DNA from: Nemertoderma westbladi
Lineage: Eukaryota; Animalia; Xenacoelomorpha
Length of the DNA stretch: 64,000 nucleotides
Direction of reading: 5' to 3'
Assembly: GCA_032718475.1 (NCBI GenBank)
Contig: JAUCBJ010004427.1
Span: forward strand, 6,252-70,251
Part shown: one piece after another, positions 23,954 through 36,422 of the stretch
How the letters are laid out: each line of letters begins with the position of its first letter
Numbering within the stretch: the first letter of the stretch is position 1
The notes under the pieces: model-generated
What the model was told of the DNA's origin: nothing
Databases searched by the model: none
Seen by the model: only the letters and a program-made list of their open reading frames with translations
Program-made: the position numbers and the translations under genes

Positions 23954-25444
23954 CTAACCCTCATTTGTATCACTGATCGGCCAATAACCCTGTGCTGGAT
24001 CATTTTCATTTGTGCGATTTATAACCTCAATTAATCGTTTCCTTGAGTCATTGCTAATGGGTGAATCCATTGGGATTGCTGCCTCCTGTCTTTGTAACCA
24101 GCTACATACCACACGCAACCAACCCATAATCAAATAATTACCTCTTAATTTCCCAATTATTGCCAGAAGTCTTCTATGTGTTAATGGGTTTTCCACTTCT
24201 TCTAATTTGGGTAATTCACTGTCTCTTTGCCATCTTCCATCTTTTATATATATTCCAAGTAACCGACCACCTTCTATTAATCTTACTGGTTCTTTGGATT
24301 GTAATCCATAGTTTCTTAAATGATTTCGAATTTCCTCTGCTGGTACTTTATCTACATTGACATAAATATCATCTCGGAAGTTGTCAGCTGCTTCTTCAAT
24401 CCTTTTATTTTGTTTTATGACTGTTTCGACAATTGTATCTAGGATTTTAGGAGCTGGACCCAATCCATAACCCAACCTAGTCATGCAATAACGTTTCCCA
24501 TTATGTACTACTACTTGGTATGGGTGTAAACTAGGAGCTATTCCCAGCTGCATGTATGCTGATTTAAGGTCAATCACTGCTGTTTGTTCTCCCATTCTGG
24601 CCCATTTTCTAAGCTTCTCGTTACTGGCAGCAGCATCTGCTCCTGGTTCTTTCACAATGAATGAATTCAGTTCTCTAAAATCCATTATAGGACGTACTCT
24701 ATCCTTTCGAGGTTCGTCCTTATGCATCAAGGGGATCAGCCCTTTGGTCTCTCCCTCAAATTCTTTTAACCAGCCCTTTTCTATCCACTCATTCATCGCT
24801 ATCTGGAATTTTTCTTGTAATTTTTCTGGTATTTTATATTGGGTCACTTTATTATTCAGTTTAGCTGGCGGGTGCCCCGCCTCGAATTTATATTCTGCTT
24901 CCCAATTTTCCCCATCCCACTCTGCAGTAAAATCCCGTCTCTCTATGCGAATCTCTGGATCCACTTTTCCCACTCCTCCAACCAATGAACTATTCTTTTC
25001 AATTTCTCCTAATTTAACAACCATGTTTCCATTCAATTCCTGATGCACTGACATACCGCCCACCTGTTTAATCAGCTCCCAGCCAATAATTATGTCTACA
25101 CCACCCACAATATAATCTACAATATATATTTCATGGTCCACATTACAATCTTTACCATTACCCATTGTAGTGCCATTAAACCAGAGTTTAGTATTAATCT
25201 TCCCTACAATATTATTAGTTTTTGATCCATCCAACATTGTTATTTTCCTTTTTTCCCTTAGTTGTGTAAACCTTCCACTCATTTCAATGCTGGATTTATA
25301 TGTTGTGACTGTATACCCACAACCAGTATCAATCAATCCTTCCATATCTAATCCCCTACATTTCACATTAACATGTGGTAAGTCGCCTAATGAACTAGGG
25401 AAACGGCCACTGGCGCATATGCCGTCCCCCTCTACTAGTTTCCC
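23954..25444 (-). CDS. pol: Pol N-terminal part: aspartic protease and reverse transcriptase
   Basis: Protease LIDTGC. RT motifs RPIMDFRELN, IDLKSAYMQ, RLGYGL..AP, FRDD and LLG. Confidence 0.92.
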   Translation of the reverse strand, partial: GKLVEGDGICASGRFPSSLGDLPHVNVKCRGLDMEGLIDTGCGYTVTTYKSSIEMSGRFTQLREKRKITMLDGSKTNNIVGKINTKLWFNGTTMGNGKDCNVDHEIYIVDYIVGGVDIIIGWELIKQVGGMSVHQELNGNMVVKLGEIEKNSSLVGGVGKVDPEIRIERRDFTAEWDGENWEAEYKFEAGHPPAKLNNKVTQYKIPEKLQEKFQIAMNEWIEKGWLKEFEGETKGLIPLMHKDEPRKDRVRPIMDFRELNSFIVKEPGADAAASNEKLRKWARMGEQTAVIDLKSAYMQLGIAPSLHPYQVVVHNGKRYCMTRLGYGLGPAPKILDTIVETVIKQNKRIEEAADNFRDDIYVNVDKVPAEEIRNHLRNYGLQSKEPVRLIEGGRLLGIYIKDGRWQRDSELPKLEEVENPLTHRRLLAIIGKLRGNYLIMGWLRVVCSWLQRQEAAIPMDSPISNDSRKRLIEVINRTNENDPAQGYWPISDTNEG

Positions 25445-26310
25445 TGGACCTGGGATCCTCCACCTTGCCTCCAAGGTCGATTTAATTCGGCTGTACAACC
25501 TCGTATAAGATGGTCTGTTCCGCCACATCTAAAGCAACCCGATTTAGTTCTGTTCCCAGGTAAATCACTCTCAGCCCAACATTCTCTTGCAAAATGGCCG
25601 ATTTTCCCACACTTAAAACATACCACACCCCTTTCTCTATCTGTAAACCCAAATCCTATACTACTACGCCCTCGTCCAGCTGGTGGTACCGCTGGATTCC
25701 GTCGTTCTGGTTCTAATATTCGACCTGTAGGCCTATTGTATGATCGATTCAAACTTCCCATTCTACCAACCGCACCTACCATCATATCTTCATTTCCCCT
25801 GCTCTTTTCCGACCATAATCTCCTGGCCTGGACTAGAAGTTTATTTAAGTCCAACTCACCTGCCAAAGCTTTTGTATCCTGTGCAATTGTATCTGGAAGT
25901 CCACTAACGAATTGAGCTGCAATCATTTTCTTTGCAGTTTCTGACTCTGTTTCGCCTGTCACTAACCCGCACAGTCTCTTTACATCTGCTAAATAAGTAT
26001 CTGGGGCCTCTCCTACTCTTAACTCCCTTTTTTTAAATAAGTCATAGGCTGTATATTCATTTAGAGCGAATGCAGCAATTAGTACTCTCTCTATTTTCAT
26101 ATAATCTCTTTTATCTTCTTCTGGTATCTGACTGACAACCTCGTAAGCCGGTCCCTCTAATGACAACCTTAGATACGTTGATCTGGATTCCTCTTTATAC
26201 TTGGCTTCAATGATTAACACATCATACGTGTCGTTAAATATTGATAACCAGATGCTAGGGTCACTGAGAACGTCATATTTTTTAACATAGTCAGATATTT
26301 TTGGTGCCAT
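25435..26310 (-). CDS. gag: Gag with two CCHC zinc knuckles
   Basis: CFKCGKIGHFAREC and CFRCGGTDHLIRGC. The ATG is 20 nt downstream of the 5' LTR. Confidence 0.92.
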   Translation of the reverse strand: MAPKISDYVKKYDVLSDPSIWLSIFNDTYDVLIIEAKYKEESRSTYLRLSLEGPAYEVVSQIPEEDKRDYMKIERVLIAAFALNEYTAYDLFKKRELRVGEAPDTYLADVKRLCGLVTGETESETAKKMIAAQFVSGLPDTIAQDTKALAGELDLNKLLVQARRLWSEKSRGNEDMMVGAVGRMGSLNRSYNRPTGRILEPERRNPAVPPAGRGRSSIGFGFTDRERGVVCFKCGKIGHFARECWAESDLPGNRTKSGCFRCGGTDHLIRGCTAELNRPWRQGGGSQVQGN

Positions 26311-26330
26311 CTCTGTCAGCCCGGTTAGCT

Positions 26331-26617
26331 TATAAGCAGTAGGTAATTATTCTATAACACAATACAATCCTGTAATCCAGTGTATAATATTAGTAGTACA
26401 ACAATCCAGCAATATTATAATTAGTAATACAGCGGTACAATAATTAGGCAGAACAACCTCACTCTGCCAGCTTTACATGTAGGCCTAACCCTCCACCTGT
26501 CACACTGTACTGTACATCTGTATGTATCTCTTAACCTCAGTTCAGCCAGTCCGGTACCGGTACAACCCACATTCGTACATCCCTCTATTGGGCCATGGCC
26601 TCTTATTTCCCCTTATA
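26331..26617 (-). repeat. Gypsy-like 5' LTR
   Basis: Direct repeat of 22000-22286. Confidence 0.95.
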
Positions 26618-26622
26618 CAAAC

Positions 26623-29600
26623 CATCATCCGAGATGTGAGTCTCGATGATACGACCTGTCTGCCACCGCTTACGTGGAAGATCTGAATCCACAATAAGGA
26701 CCATGTCTCCAGCGCTGACGTTTTCTTGCTGCGCAAACCACTTAGTTCGAAGTTGTAGCGTGGGCAGATAATGTTTTTCGAAATGGTCAGCGAAACGACG
26801 GGATAACAACTGCATAAGTTGCCAAGTTTGCCAGCAGTATTCGTCTCCGTCTGTGATTTCCGATCGTGGGAGCATGGCTACAGGTTTCTTCAGTAGGAAG
26901 TGCGTGGGTGTTAGCGCTTCCAGGGAATCGGGACTCGATGAGACTGGCATAAGCGGTCTCTCATTGAGATAGGCGGCGATTTCCTCCATTAACATCCGCA
27001 AAAGTTCGTCGGTGAGATACGCACGGCACGGCACTATAAAGTGAAATGCGGTCTTCACGCTCCTGATTAATCTCTCCCAACTTCCTCCCCACCAAGGGGC
27101 GTCGGCGGCGTTGAAGGTCCAGCTAGACGCTGTTACCCTTAGCTGATCGTCCACCTGTCTTTGGTTCCAATCTTTGACGTAAGCCTCGATTTCATTGTTG
27201 GCACCAATGAAGTTTGTTCCCGTATTAGATCTCATCGTGTTACTAGTTCCAAAGCGAGCGATCTGACGTTGTAAGCTCAATAGGAAGCTGTTGGTAGATA
27301 AATCGTTCACCATATCGAGATGGATAGCTCTACAAGTCATACAAACAAAGATGACACACCATCTCTTGACTATAGTCCTAGCACGATATACTTCAATAGG
27401 GCCAAATAAATCTACACCGGTATTAGTAAAGGGTGGTTCATAGAAGCTTACTCGTTCCCTAGGTAATTCTGCCTCTCGCTGTGTTAAAGGCCTACTGAAT
27501 GCTTTCCTACAGGGTATGCAGTTCCTAAGAACTTGGTTCAGAGCTCTACGGGGTTTATAAAAATAATAGCGAGTTCGAATTTCGCTAAGAACTCGTTCTC
27601 TACCAGCATGATAAAGTTTGCTGTGAACATCTACAATCATCTTGATTTGTATTTCAAGATTTCTAATGAGTATGGGAAACTTAGTGTCAAAGGATAATGG
27701 AGCATTAGTTAATCTTCCTCCAACACGTATTAACCCATCTATCATTGTGCTAGAGAAACGATCCCTTAAGCGCATCTGTGGATTTCTCAACAACAGGAAA
27801 TACTTATCGGAATCCTCATAGCATTGCAGGAGTCTCAGCATCTGCTTATTGGTTTCTTCATGCTCCTGATAACTGATCTTCTCCTTCAGAAACCTGTCGG
27901 ATATCTTATATTTGGGAAGATCTTTAACAACATGGACCTGCACAGATGTCAGTGGAGCGGTATCACTATTGGTCTTCGTCCTGGAGTAGTGATGATGAAA
28001 ACATCGCTTTAAATATGTAACGGCCTTACAGAGCCGATTCCAGGAACTGTAGTGATATATCGCTCTCTGCAGGAGAGGTGAGAGTCCTTGTGAGACGTCT
28101 GGTATTCCAGATTTCCAATCCTTCTCTCTGATTTCCACAACAGACTTATTTGTGGCTGTGGGTTTCGGATCCAAAGCGTCGTCTCCGGAAGTGTGTAGTA
28201 CAGACAGATCTACCACGGGTTTAAATAACTTCGATTTACTCGCCCGAGTTTTAGGTTTGACTTTCTCCGCTCCCTTGGCCTGTCTAATCTCCGCCGTAGT
28301 AAGATGAGGAGGCCATTCATCCTCTTCTTTGCTTAGGAAGTTGGGTCCACCTAACCAGTCTGGAGTATCTATCAGTTCTTGTGGAGTTGCTCCCCTGGAG
28401 GCGATGTCTGCTGGATTAATCGTTCCGGGGCAATGTCTCCATTGATCCATCTTCGTACGACTAAGTATAATGGCTACTCTGTTGGTAACGAAGACGCTGA
28501 ACTGACAGACTTCATTGGTTATATACTCCAACACGAGTAGAGCATCGGTCCAATAGACAGTTTTCTCCAGTGGATATTCGATCTGTTCTGTTACATTTCG
28601 GCCGATGGCTGTAGCGTATAGAGCCGCCTTTAACTCCGCTCGAGGAACTTTCAACTTGTTGTTTATCAATGCCTTAGAGGTAACCAAGGCGACTTTGATT
28701 CCATCCGGAGTTTCAACTCTCAGGTAGGCTACTATACCTATTCCCATATTGCTGGCGTCTCCAAACACATGGAGTTGATATGAATACGTAGGGAGAACAT
28801 GACCAAAATATGAACGGGAAATTATAAAGTTCTCGATGGCTGGTAGAGAATCTTCCCATTTCATCCACTTCTTTAATAGTTCTCCCTTAAGTGGATCGTC
28901 CCATGAGTGGTTTTCAAGCCACATTTGTTGTACTAAACTCCGAGCAATCAATATAACTGGGCTAATAAATCCCAATGGATCGAAATAAGTGCTCAGGATA
29001 CTTAAACAAATCCGTTTAGTCCGAACTGGATTATCTCGCTGTTTGAGCTGGAAAAACAGGATATCTCTCTCTGTGTCCCATTTCAAACCAAGTGTCTTGG
29101 TTTCTGGAAGATTGTCTTTGATTAAGTCTAGATCTTTCGCTCCTCGATCTTCTACCGGGATCGATTCCAGAAACTCACGGGAGTTGCTGGTGAATTTAGT
29201 TAATCGAAATCCACCTCTTTTTAAGCACTCTACCGTTCCTTTGGCGACATCAATGGCTTCTTCCACCGATGGAAGGGACTTTAAATTGTCGTCCATGTAT
29301 ATATCTCGTTTGATGTTGTCGATCACCTCTTTTGAGAAGGCATCCCGGTTGTCATCAGCAGTGGTGCGCACCACTGAGCAGGCGTTTGAAGGGCTTGAGA
29401 TGATCCCAAAGGCCTGGATGGTCATCCAATACTCCACCGGTTTCTGGTTGAGGTCTCCTTCCAGCCACCACAGAAATCGTAGGCTATCTCGATCCCTATC
29501 CAGCGCCTTGACTTGTAAGAACATGCCTTCTATATCGGAGGCGAAAGCGATTGAATATTGTCGTAATCTTAAGAGTATTCCCAACAAGGATTGGAGTAAG

Positions 29601-32600
29601 TCGGGTCCTGGTAACAACTCGGAATTAAGGGATTGGCCCATGTAGAGGGCAGAGCCATCAAATACTACCCTTACTTCATGGGGTTTACCGGGTTTGGGAA
29701 TGTAATGATGTGTTAAATAGTACGTTCTCTCAGTTATAGGTGTTTCTTCCGGTACTCGCTCCGCATATCCCTTGTTAATAAATTTCTTCAACTGAGTCTG
29801 ATACATTTCTTTAGCTGAAGCATTTGCCGTAAGGCGTCGATGTAGTTGAGCAATTCTTTTCTCCGCCAAGGGTCGGTTGTTTATGAATTTTGGTTCTCGC
29901 TTTCGGAATGGTAGACCGATTTCATATCTACCTTGATCTTTAAGAAAACGTGTAGTTGTCTCCTGGATCTGCTTGGCTCTTTCTTCTTCTACCGATAGGG
30001 CTTTATCGTAGGAATTGGGCTCTACGGCCTCTTGAGTAAAGAATCGTACGGCGTGTTCATCCCAAGTCTTCGCGTTATAGCGCTCGATTACGTCATTCAG
30101 TTCGTCGTTATAGTCGACTTGTCCTGATGGACGAATGAGTTGGCATAGGTTCACTTGGTTTTGCCAAGTCTCGTTTTCCGTAAGGAGATCGATGGTATTC
30201 TCCTCGTCGAAGAGTTGGTGGATATCGTCATTATCTGAGGAGTATGGTGTTCCCTCAGTTGGGTCGTCTACCTCACTGCTCTCCACTTCCCATTCACTTA
30301 CTTGATATACCTGTTCTTTTGGTAACCTTTCCATGAGAGTTCTACGGGAAGGGCCAGTAAAGTACCAACCCACTCTAGTTCTTCCTGCATAGGCTTGTAG
30401 TGGTTGAGGTTGAGCAGGCCGTTTCTCCAATGTCTCAAGCGCCTCATGCGCATTTTGGCCGATGAGTATTTGTACTCCAGGGTAATCTGTGTTGAATCTA
30501 GGTATATTAAGCCGCTGGGTGAAATCGTCCTCATCCCAGTTATAAGGTTCTACTTGGCTGGTAGCGAAGTTCTTTATCGCTACAATTTTTACTGACCTTA
30601 TGCTGTGTTCTCCTAGTTCATCCTGGGGGTGGACAACGCACCTACATAATAATCCGCTATTACTGTAGATTTCCAAACCTGCATAATTCCTGACATGTTT
30701 AACTTAGTTCGGAACTTGGGTTGTCCAGCAAAGATGTCTTAGTTCTTTAGTTCTTTTGTCTCTAGTTCTTTGTCGATGAATGTTCCTGTGCTACCGGAGT
30801 CAAGGAGGGCATTCACTATATAACTCCTTTTAGGTCCGTGGACCCTCAACTGCACTACGGGAAATTCTCGGATTCCTACATTGGAAGTTGGTGCTTTCCA
30901 AGATGGTTGTCGGTCAGAAGTAGTTAGGGGAAGCTCGCTATCGGTGTCCTTTTCATACGTAAGTGCTCGATACACTGCGGTATTTATCAGGTAACAGGAT
31001 TCGTTTTCATCGGAGAATTCGTCCGTATAGAATCCTTCCATCTCACAACTTTGGTCAGTGTCGTTCACATCACTGAATTGGACATGTAGTTCAGAATCAC
31101 TTACCTGACTCGGGCTGTTTCGTTCGAATTCAGTGTGCAACAAGATATGATGTTTTGCGCCGCACTTCGCACACCTTGCGTCGGAGTAACAGGTTCGCCT
31201 TTGGTGTCCTTGTCTGAGGCAATTATAACACAACCGCTTATCCCACATGACTTCCCGTCTATCCTTTAATGATTTCTTTAGGAATTCATCACACACATTC
31301 AAACGGTGGGGCCCGTCACACAGCGCACATTTCGGTTTGATGTTACTTACCTTATTTTGAGTAACGTTGTGTACACTCGTTCTTTCTTCAGGCTTTCTTA
31401 CATGAATTCTCTTAGGAGACGTAGGAGGAGTTTTTCTTACCTGTTCTCTCCTGTCATTGGTTCGAGACTTGAATTTACTTACGTCTTTAGGCGTTTTGTT
31501 GACATAATAAGATCTTTCAGTGTCTTTCCCGCTGTCTTCTTCTTGAGAAGCCTGGCTTTCGCCGTCGTCGGTATAACACACTGGTGTTACCTTTCTCCTA
31601 GAAACGGGTTTCTCACTTACCTTGTTTTCCGGTGTCTTCTCTCTGGACTGCTTTAGGAGCTGTAATTTCACTTCTCCATTTAAGAATGACATGAGATCAG
31701 CCATGGTAGGATCTCGTCGTTGTTGTTCCATCATATATAACACTTTCTTATCCCAGCGTGTACCTACTCCACCCTTCGGTAAAGTAGAGGCCACGGCTCC
31801 AATAACCATAGAACTCTGATATTCATGAGACTTACCTAGCCAATCTAATTGTCTACAGATCTCCTGAATCTCATCGGAAAACTCTATAATCCCGCTGCTA
31901 ATGAACTTTAGGTGGGCTACCAATTTTGCATACAAATACCTAGCTATGTTATTCCTATTACCATACCTGATGTTTAGGGTATCCCAAACTTGTCTTAGTC
32001 CTTCTGGATGTCCAATAAACTTTAACGCCATTAACTTGGGAGATCCTTCCAAGCACTCGATGAGGAATCTAAGTTTCTCTCCGTTAGATAACACAGAGTT
32101 CTGTATGTTATCCTTGTAATATTCATTAAAAGGTAACCATTTCATCTCATCTCCATTAAACTTGACGATCTCTCCCACCTTTACCGCTTGACGGGCTTCG
32201 GTTCTAGCCATTTGACGCGTAAAACTTTCTTGGGCCATCGTATTATTTAATATCGAGTTATCGGTATATAAATTTCTCGGATTATGATCAGGTCTATATG
32301 GAATATCATTGTCAACAGGTTTATAATTACCCTTAATAGGGTTTACTATAGGAGTTTCTACTTCACTAGCAGTATAGATGCGTGTAGGCTCCACACCTTG
32401 CGCATGAAATACTTCAGACCTAACAGGTTGACACATTGTTACCGGGGTTGGTGGTATACCCTTTTGTATATTTACTAATTTATCGCGTTCTAACGCGATA
32501 TTCTGCTGCACTTCTTGCAACTCTAACCTACTTTCCCTTACTGTTCCCTTGAACTGCTGAACAGTTCCTTCCATCTCCCGGACCTGCTGTGCTGAGAGGA

Positions 32601-34507
32601 GCACTGACGGTGTTCCCTCAGCTTCCCGAGCAGGAGACCCATCTCCCGTCGTCCCTCAGCTACCCACTCTACCGCCGAAGCGGGAGTCGCCAACGTAGTA
32701 GCGGGCGAGCGAGAGACGACGGGCGATAAATTCTTGATATCTCGCTCGGCGTCCAGGACGGGTTCGGACTCGTGAACAGTCCTACTGGGCACAGGTAGTT
32801 TAGTACTGTGCAAAGGGAATTTAGAGGTAGGTTCTGGGAGTACAGGTGTCTCTATCACCGAAGGGGTGGCTTCGAGAACAGGCCTAATTATTTCAGGCTC
32901 ATCTACTATAGTAGGGAGTCTTTCTATTTTAATTATTTGGTCTGTGGGTTCTGTACTACCTAAGTCTGTGTTAGTTAGTTGCCTTCTAACAGCTGGGGGT
33001 AAATTAGGCAATTTCTGACGGTGGGACATTCTTCTACGTCTGCTTAGACGAGATCTAATTCCTCCGCCTTCAGGATCGGTGGTATCGCCTTCATCAGATG
33101 ATGTATATCCCTGTCTTTTGGGAGTAGGTCGACTCATCATCTGCATTTTACTAGCTGTTAACTGTTTATTTATGCGGTCTTGATTCTCTTGAATATTTTC
33201 CAACTCTAGTTGGGTGGTCTCTTCAGATGCTCTTCGTTCTGCTTCTGCCACAGCTCGCTTTCTTTCCGCTTCTGCTGCTGCCTCTGCCACTTTTCTTCCC
33301 GCTTCTGCCTCTGCTGCTGCCGCTGCTGCTATCTTTCTGTCTTCTATACGTTTTTTCTTTACTTGTTCTTCTTGGACTCTAGCGATGCGGAGGCGTTCAT
33401 CAAATTTAGCTTGGTTCGCAGCTAACATATCCGCATCGATTGCGTCCAACACAAGCTTGGCTCCTTCACTATTAGGGCGAAGTCCAGACAGCCGTCTCCT
33501 CAACTCTTCGTCACCTACAAATCGTTGATAGTCTGACAGATAGATGTCAATAGCATCCCTCTTATGCGGTTTTTCTGCTGTCACTTCACTTTCCACTTGG
33601 GAAAAGGTAGCGTCTGTTGATTCTCCATGGGTTGAGCGCTCCGCCAACTGAGATTTCCACGGGGCAGTTCCTTGAACTTTGAGACTCACCCGCTGAAACC
33701 AAGTCTTTACGGCAACTTGCAACGACGTGTCTTGTCTTCTTTTTGAAGCCTCCTCAAAGGCCGATAAGATTAGTCTGATTCTTAGAATTCTTTCTCTAAC
33801 TTGATAAAGCAGCTCTCCCTGCTCTTGAGGTCCTTGGGGTTGTCGAAACAGTTGTTCCTCTAATCGCTCCATAGAGCTGAAGAATCCCTGTACGTATCCT
33901 GCTGCTGACCTCTTCCACACAGCTGGATCGCTGGTTTCTTTTGTCACTCCCATCCTGTGTATGTCTTCCCAGGCAGCTTCCGATAAGTCAAACGGGAGTC
34001 CGGGTCCGGGGAAGTTCCATTGCGACTCGACAATAGACTTCAGTTCTTCCCTTGTGTATCCCGATAACTATCCTTGGTCGATCGCTTACTTCTCGCCCAA
34101 TCAATCTGGTGTTCCTCCACCGCAATCAATACTCTAGTGAGTACGGCTGCAGGAAGGATGAGAAGGGGATCCGAATAAGCCGCATCTGCCATCTTTGCTC
34201 CGCGCTCGGGTGTCAGCTCTACAGTAACCGCACTACTGGAGCTGTCGGGCCGTTGAGAAATAAGTTCTCGGCTCGAGTGTTGCTGCTGTTCTGCTGCTTC
34301 TTGGTCCCGCTTGACCTGAGCTCGAGTGCCTATGATAGACCTACGGTGTTGGACTAGCTTAGGGTCTGATACTACTACTGGAGGGATGATCTTTCTTACG
34401 GTAGGAGGTGAATTGAACTTCGGTCGCACACGTTCCACACTCCTGTCTGGGTCACAGATGGTTGTATCTAGGAGACTGTCTGACAGGTTTGGCTTTGTGT
34501 CAGACAT
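26623..34507 (-). pseudogene. BEL-1 gag-pol polyprotein, disrupted; the C-terminal tail continues at 21792-21994
   Basis: ORF pieces 34040-34507, 32538-33953, 30739-32604 and 26603-30676 are colinear with the intact BEL-3 ORF. Motifs: triple Cys/His gag knuckles, LLDSGS protease, YMDD RT, FGDAS RNase H, GVDLFGP integrase. Frameshifts near 34070, 32600 and 30750; second integrase Asp mutated (RSNTGTNF vs RSDKGTNF). Confidence 0.93.
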
Positions 34508-35849
34508 GTTTGTTTGTACAGTTGAATGCCTACTGCTATATTACAGTTAAAGCAAGTCTAGTAATTCAGTATCACCGTTAGCCTAGTAATTAATTACCGA
34601 TATCGTTACTCTATGTAACGTGATATATATACAATATATTAGAATACCGGTATACACTTATAGTATATATATAAGTATTATTACAGACTAGGTTTGTCAC
34701 AGAATACCGGTATATAATTTCAGCACAGATATATATAAATATATAATAGGCCTATCGTGAATACCGGTATACAGCTTACACTTATAGTATATATAAGTAT
34801 AATTATGGACTAGAATTAATTACAGAATACCGGTATAATTTCAGCCTAAATTTATAGAAATAAATATAATAAGCCTATCGTAAATACCGGTATGTCAATT
34901 ATTTTAGAATAATTGAATTTCTGAATTTTAGGGGTTACTTGTTTACTTTACTTTACTTGATTGCCGTTATTTAAGCAGTAGTCCAACTGACATTAAGACC
35001 TAATTGTTGTAAGACAGGCCTACTATTTTATAAATCGGTTTAAGTTGATTTATAATATATATATACCCGTATAATGGGTTTTGTCAATATTTGAAATAAA
35101 TGTTATTATTTCTGGGAAGGAGTCACTACACAGAAGCTGTGTGCTCTCAGTGAAGTGCTACTTGTTGGACACTAAAAACAAATAATTATAATTTACCTAA
35201 GTTACTTATTACTACAAATTACGTACAATACGGGGTGAGATTACAATCTCTAAATAAACACAAAAATTACACGTACGAATTTTTAGGGTAATTTCACAAG
35301 AAGTCTACAAACCAGCCTAACAAAGGGTCAGAATATCTGGTTATTACAAACAGACAGGATTCTACGGCATTTGAAAATAACAAAGCAGTAGTAAATATAC
35401 TGCGCTGTCCAGATAGGAAAAATACCACCGTCTGACGACTTATAGCCGTATCGCTATAAGTACTACGTTATGTTTCACAGAGTGTTCCTACCTAGAAGTT
35501 AATTACCGCGGCCTATCAGAGCCAACGTGCCTATTAACCACTTTACAACACAAATATACTGCCTACACACTAATTACCTTCGGAAAGCACTGTACACTAA
35601 ACCCTAAATTAGGTACAAGTACTTATACAACAAATAACCAGCAGTTAGAAATACTTGTACAGCTAAAAGAACCACGGTATCTGCTGGAGTGACCGGGGCA
35701 CAAAATCACCAGTCTTTACCTACGCCAAGCAGCCCTGATGTAGTACCGGGGTTAATTTAACTATAACGGTATGTATAACAAGCACAATTACTGTAGGAAT
35801 AAACTTGGGGTTGTGAATGTTGCGAATAATCGCATAAACTCTGAATAAT

Positions 35850-36422
35850 AAATATTACGCTACGCGTACAGACTACACAAACAAAATACAGACCAAACGC
35901 TGGCAGACTACTATCAAGCCTAAACAAACTACAGTATATGCAGACTCCGAAATGGTTAGTTAGTATGCATTCTAACCGAGTAGTACGACTTATTCTTTCG
36001 GGGGGATTTACCTCACAGCACTGGAAGCCCCTACGTTCCTAACTAGTACTCTATCGGACATACACTCTACACACACCGCAATCTCTTCAGATCTAACAAC
36101 AGCCAGGCAACAATCCAGCCTACAAATTATCTAAATAAGAAATATTACGCTACCCGTACAGACTACACAAACAAAATACAGACCAAACGCTGGCAGACTA
36201 CTATCAAGCCTAAACAAACTACAGTATATGCAGACTCCGAAATGGTTAGTTAGTATGCGTTCTAACCGAGTAGTACAACTTATTCTTTCGGGGGGATTTA
36301 CCTCACAGCACTGGAAGCCCCTACATTCCTAACTAGTACTTTATCGGACATACACTCTACACACACTACAATCTCTTCAGACTTAACAACAGTCAGACAA
36401 CAGTCCAGCCTACAAATTATCT
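35850..36422. repeat. 290-bp tandem duplication in the BEL-1 5' leader (homolog at ~50703-51272 in BEL-2)
   Basis: AATATTACGCTAC starts at 35851 and 36141. Confidence 0.9.

Larger units (their letters stand above)
22000..26617 (-). mobile_element. Compact 4.6-kb Gypsy-order LTR retrotransposon inserted in the BEL-1 integrase tail
   Basis: Apparently identical 287-bp LTRs (22000-22286, 26331-26617), 5-bp TSD CAAAC (21995-21999, 26618-26622), PPT CTGGGGGGAG next to the 3' LTR, and gag-PR-RT-RH-IN order. Confidence 0.95.

Noticed and set aside
26603-26622. C-terminus 'LYKGK*' of the 1357-aa ORF
   Set aside because: This is an artefact of read-through into the inserted LTR. The true tail resumes at 21994.
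28989-29645. Antisense 218-aa ORF, also seen at 59026-59670, and other + strand ORFs over gag/pol
   Set aside because: These are shadow ORFs opposite conserved coding sequence, with no independent motifs.
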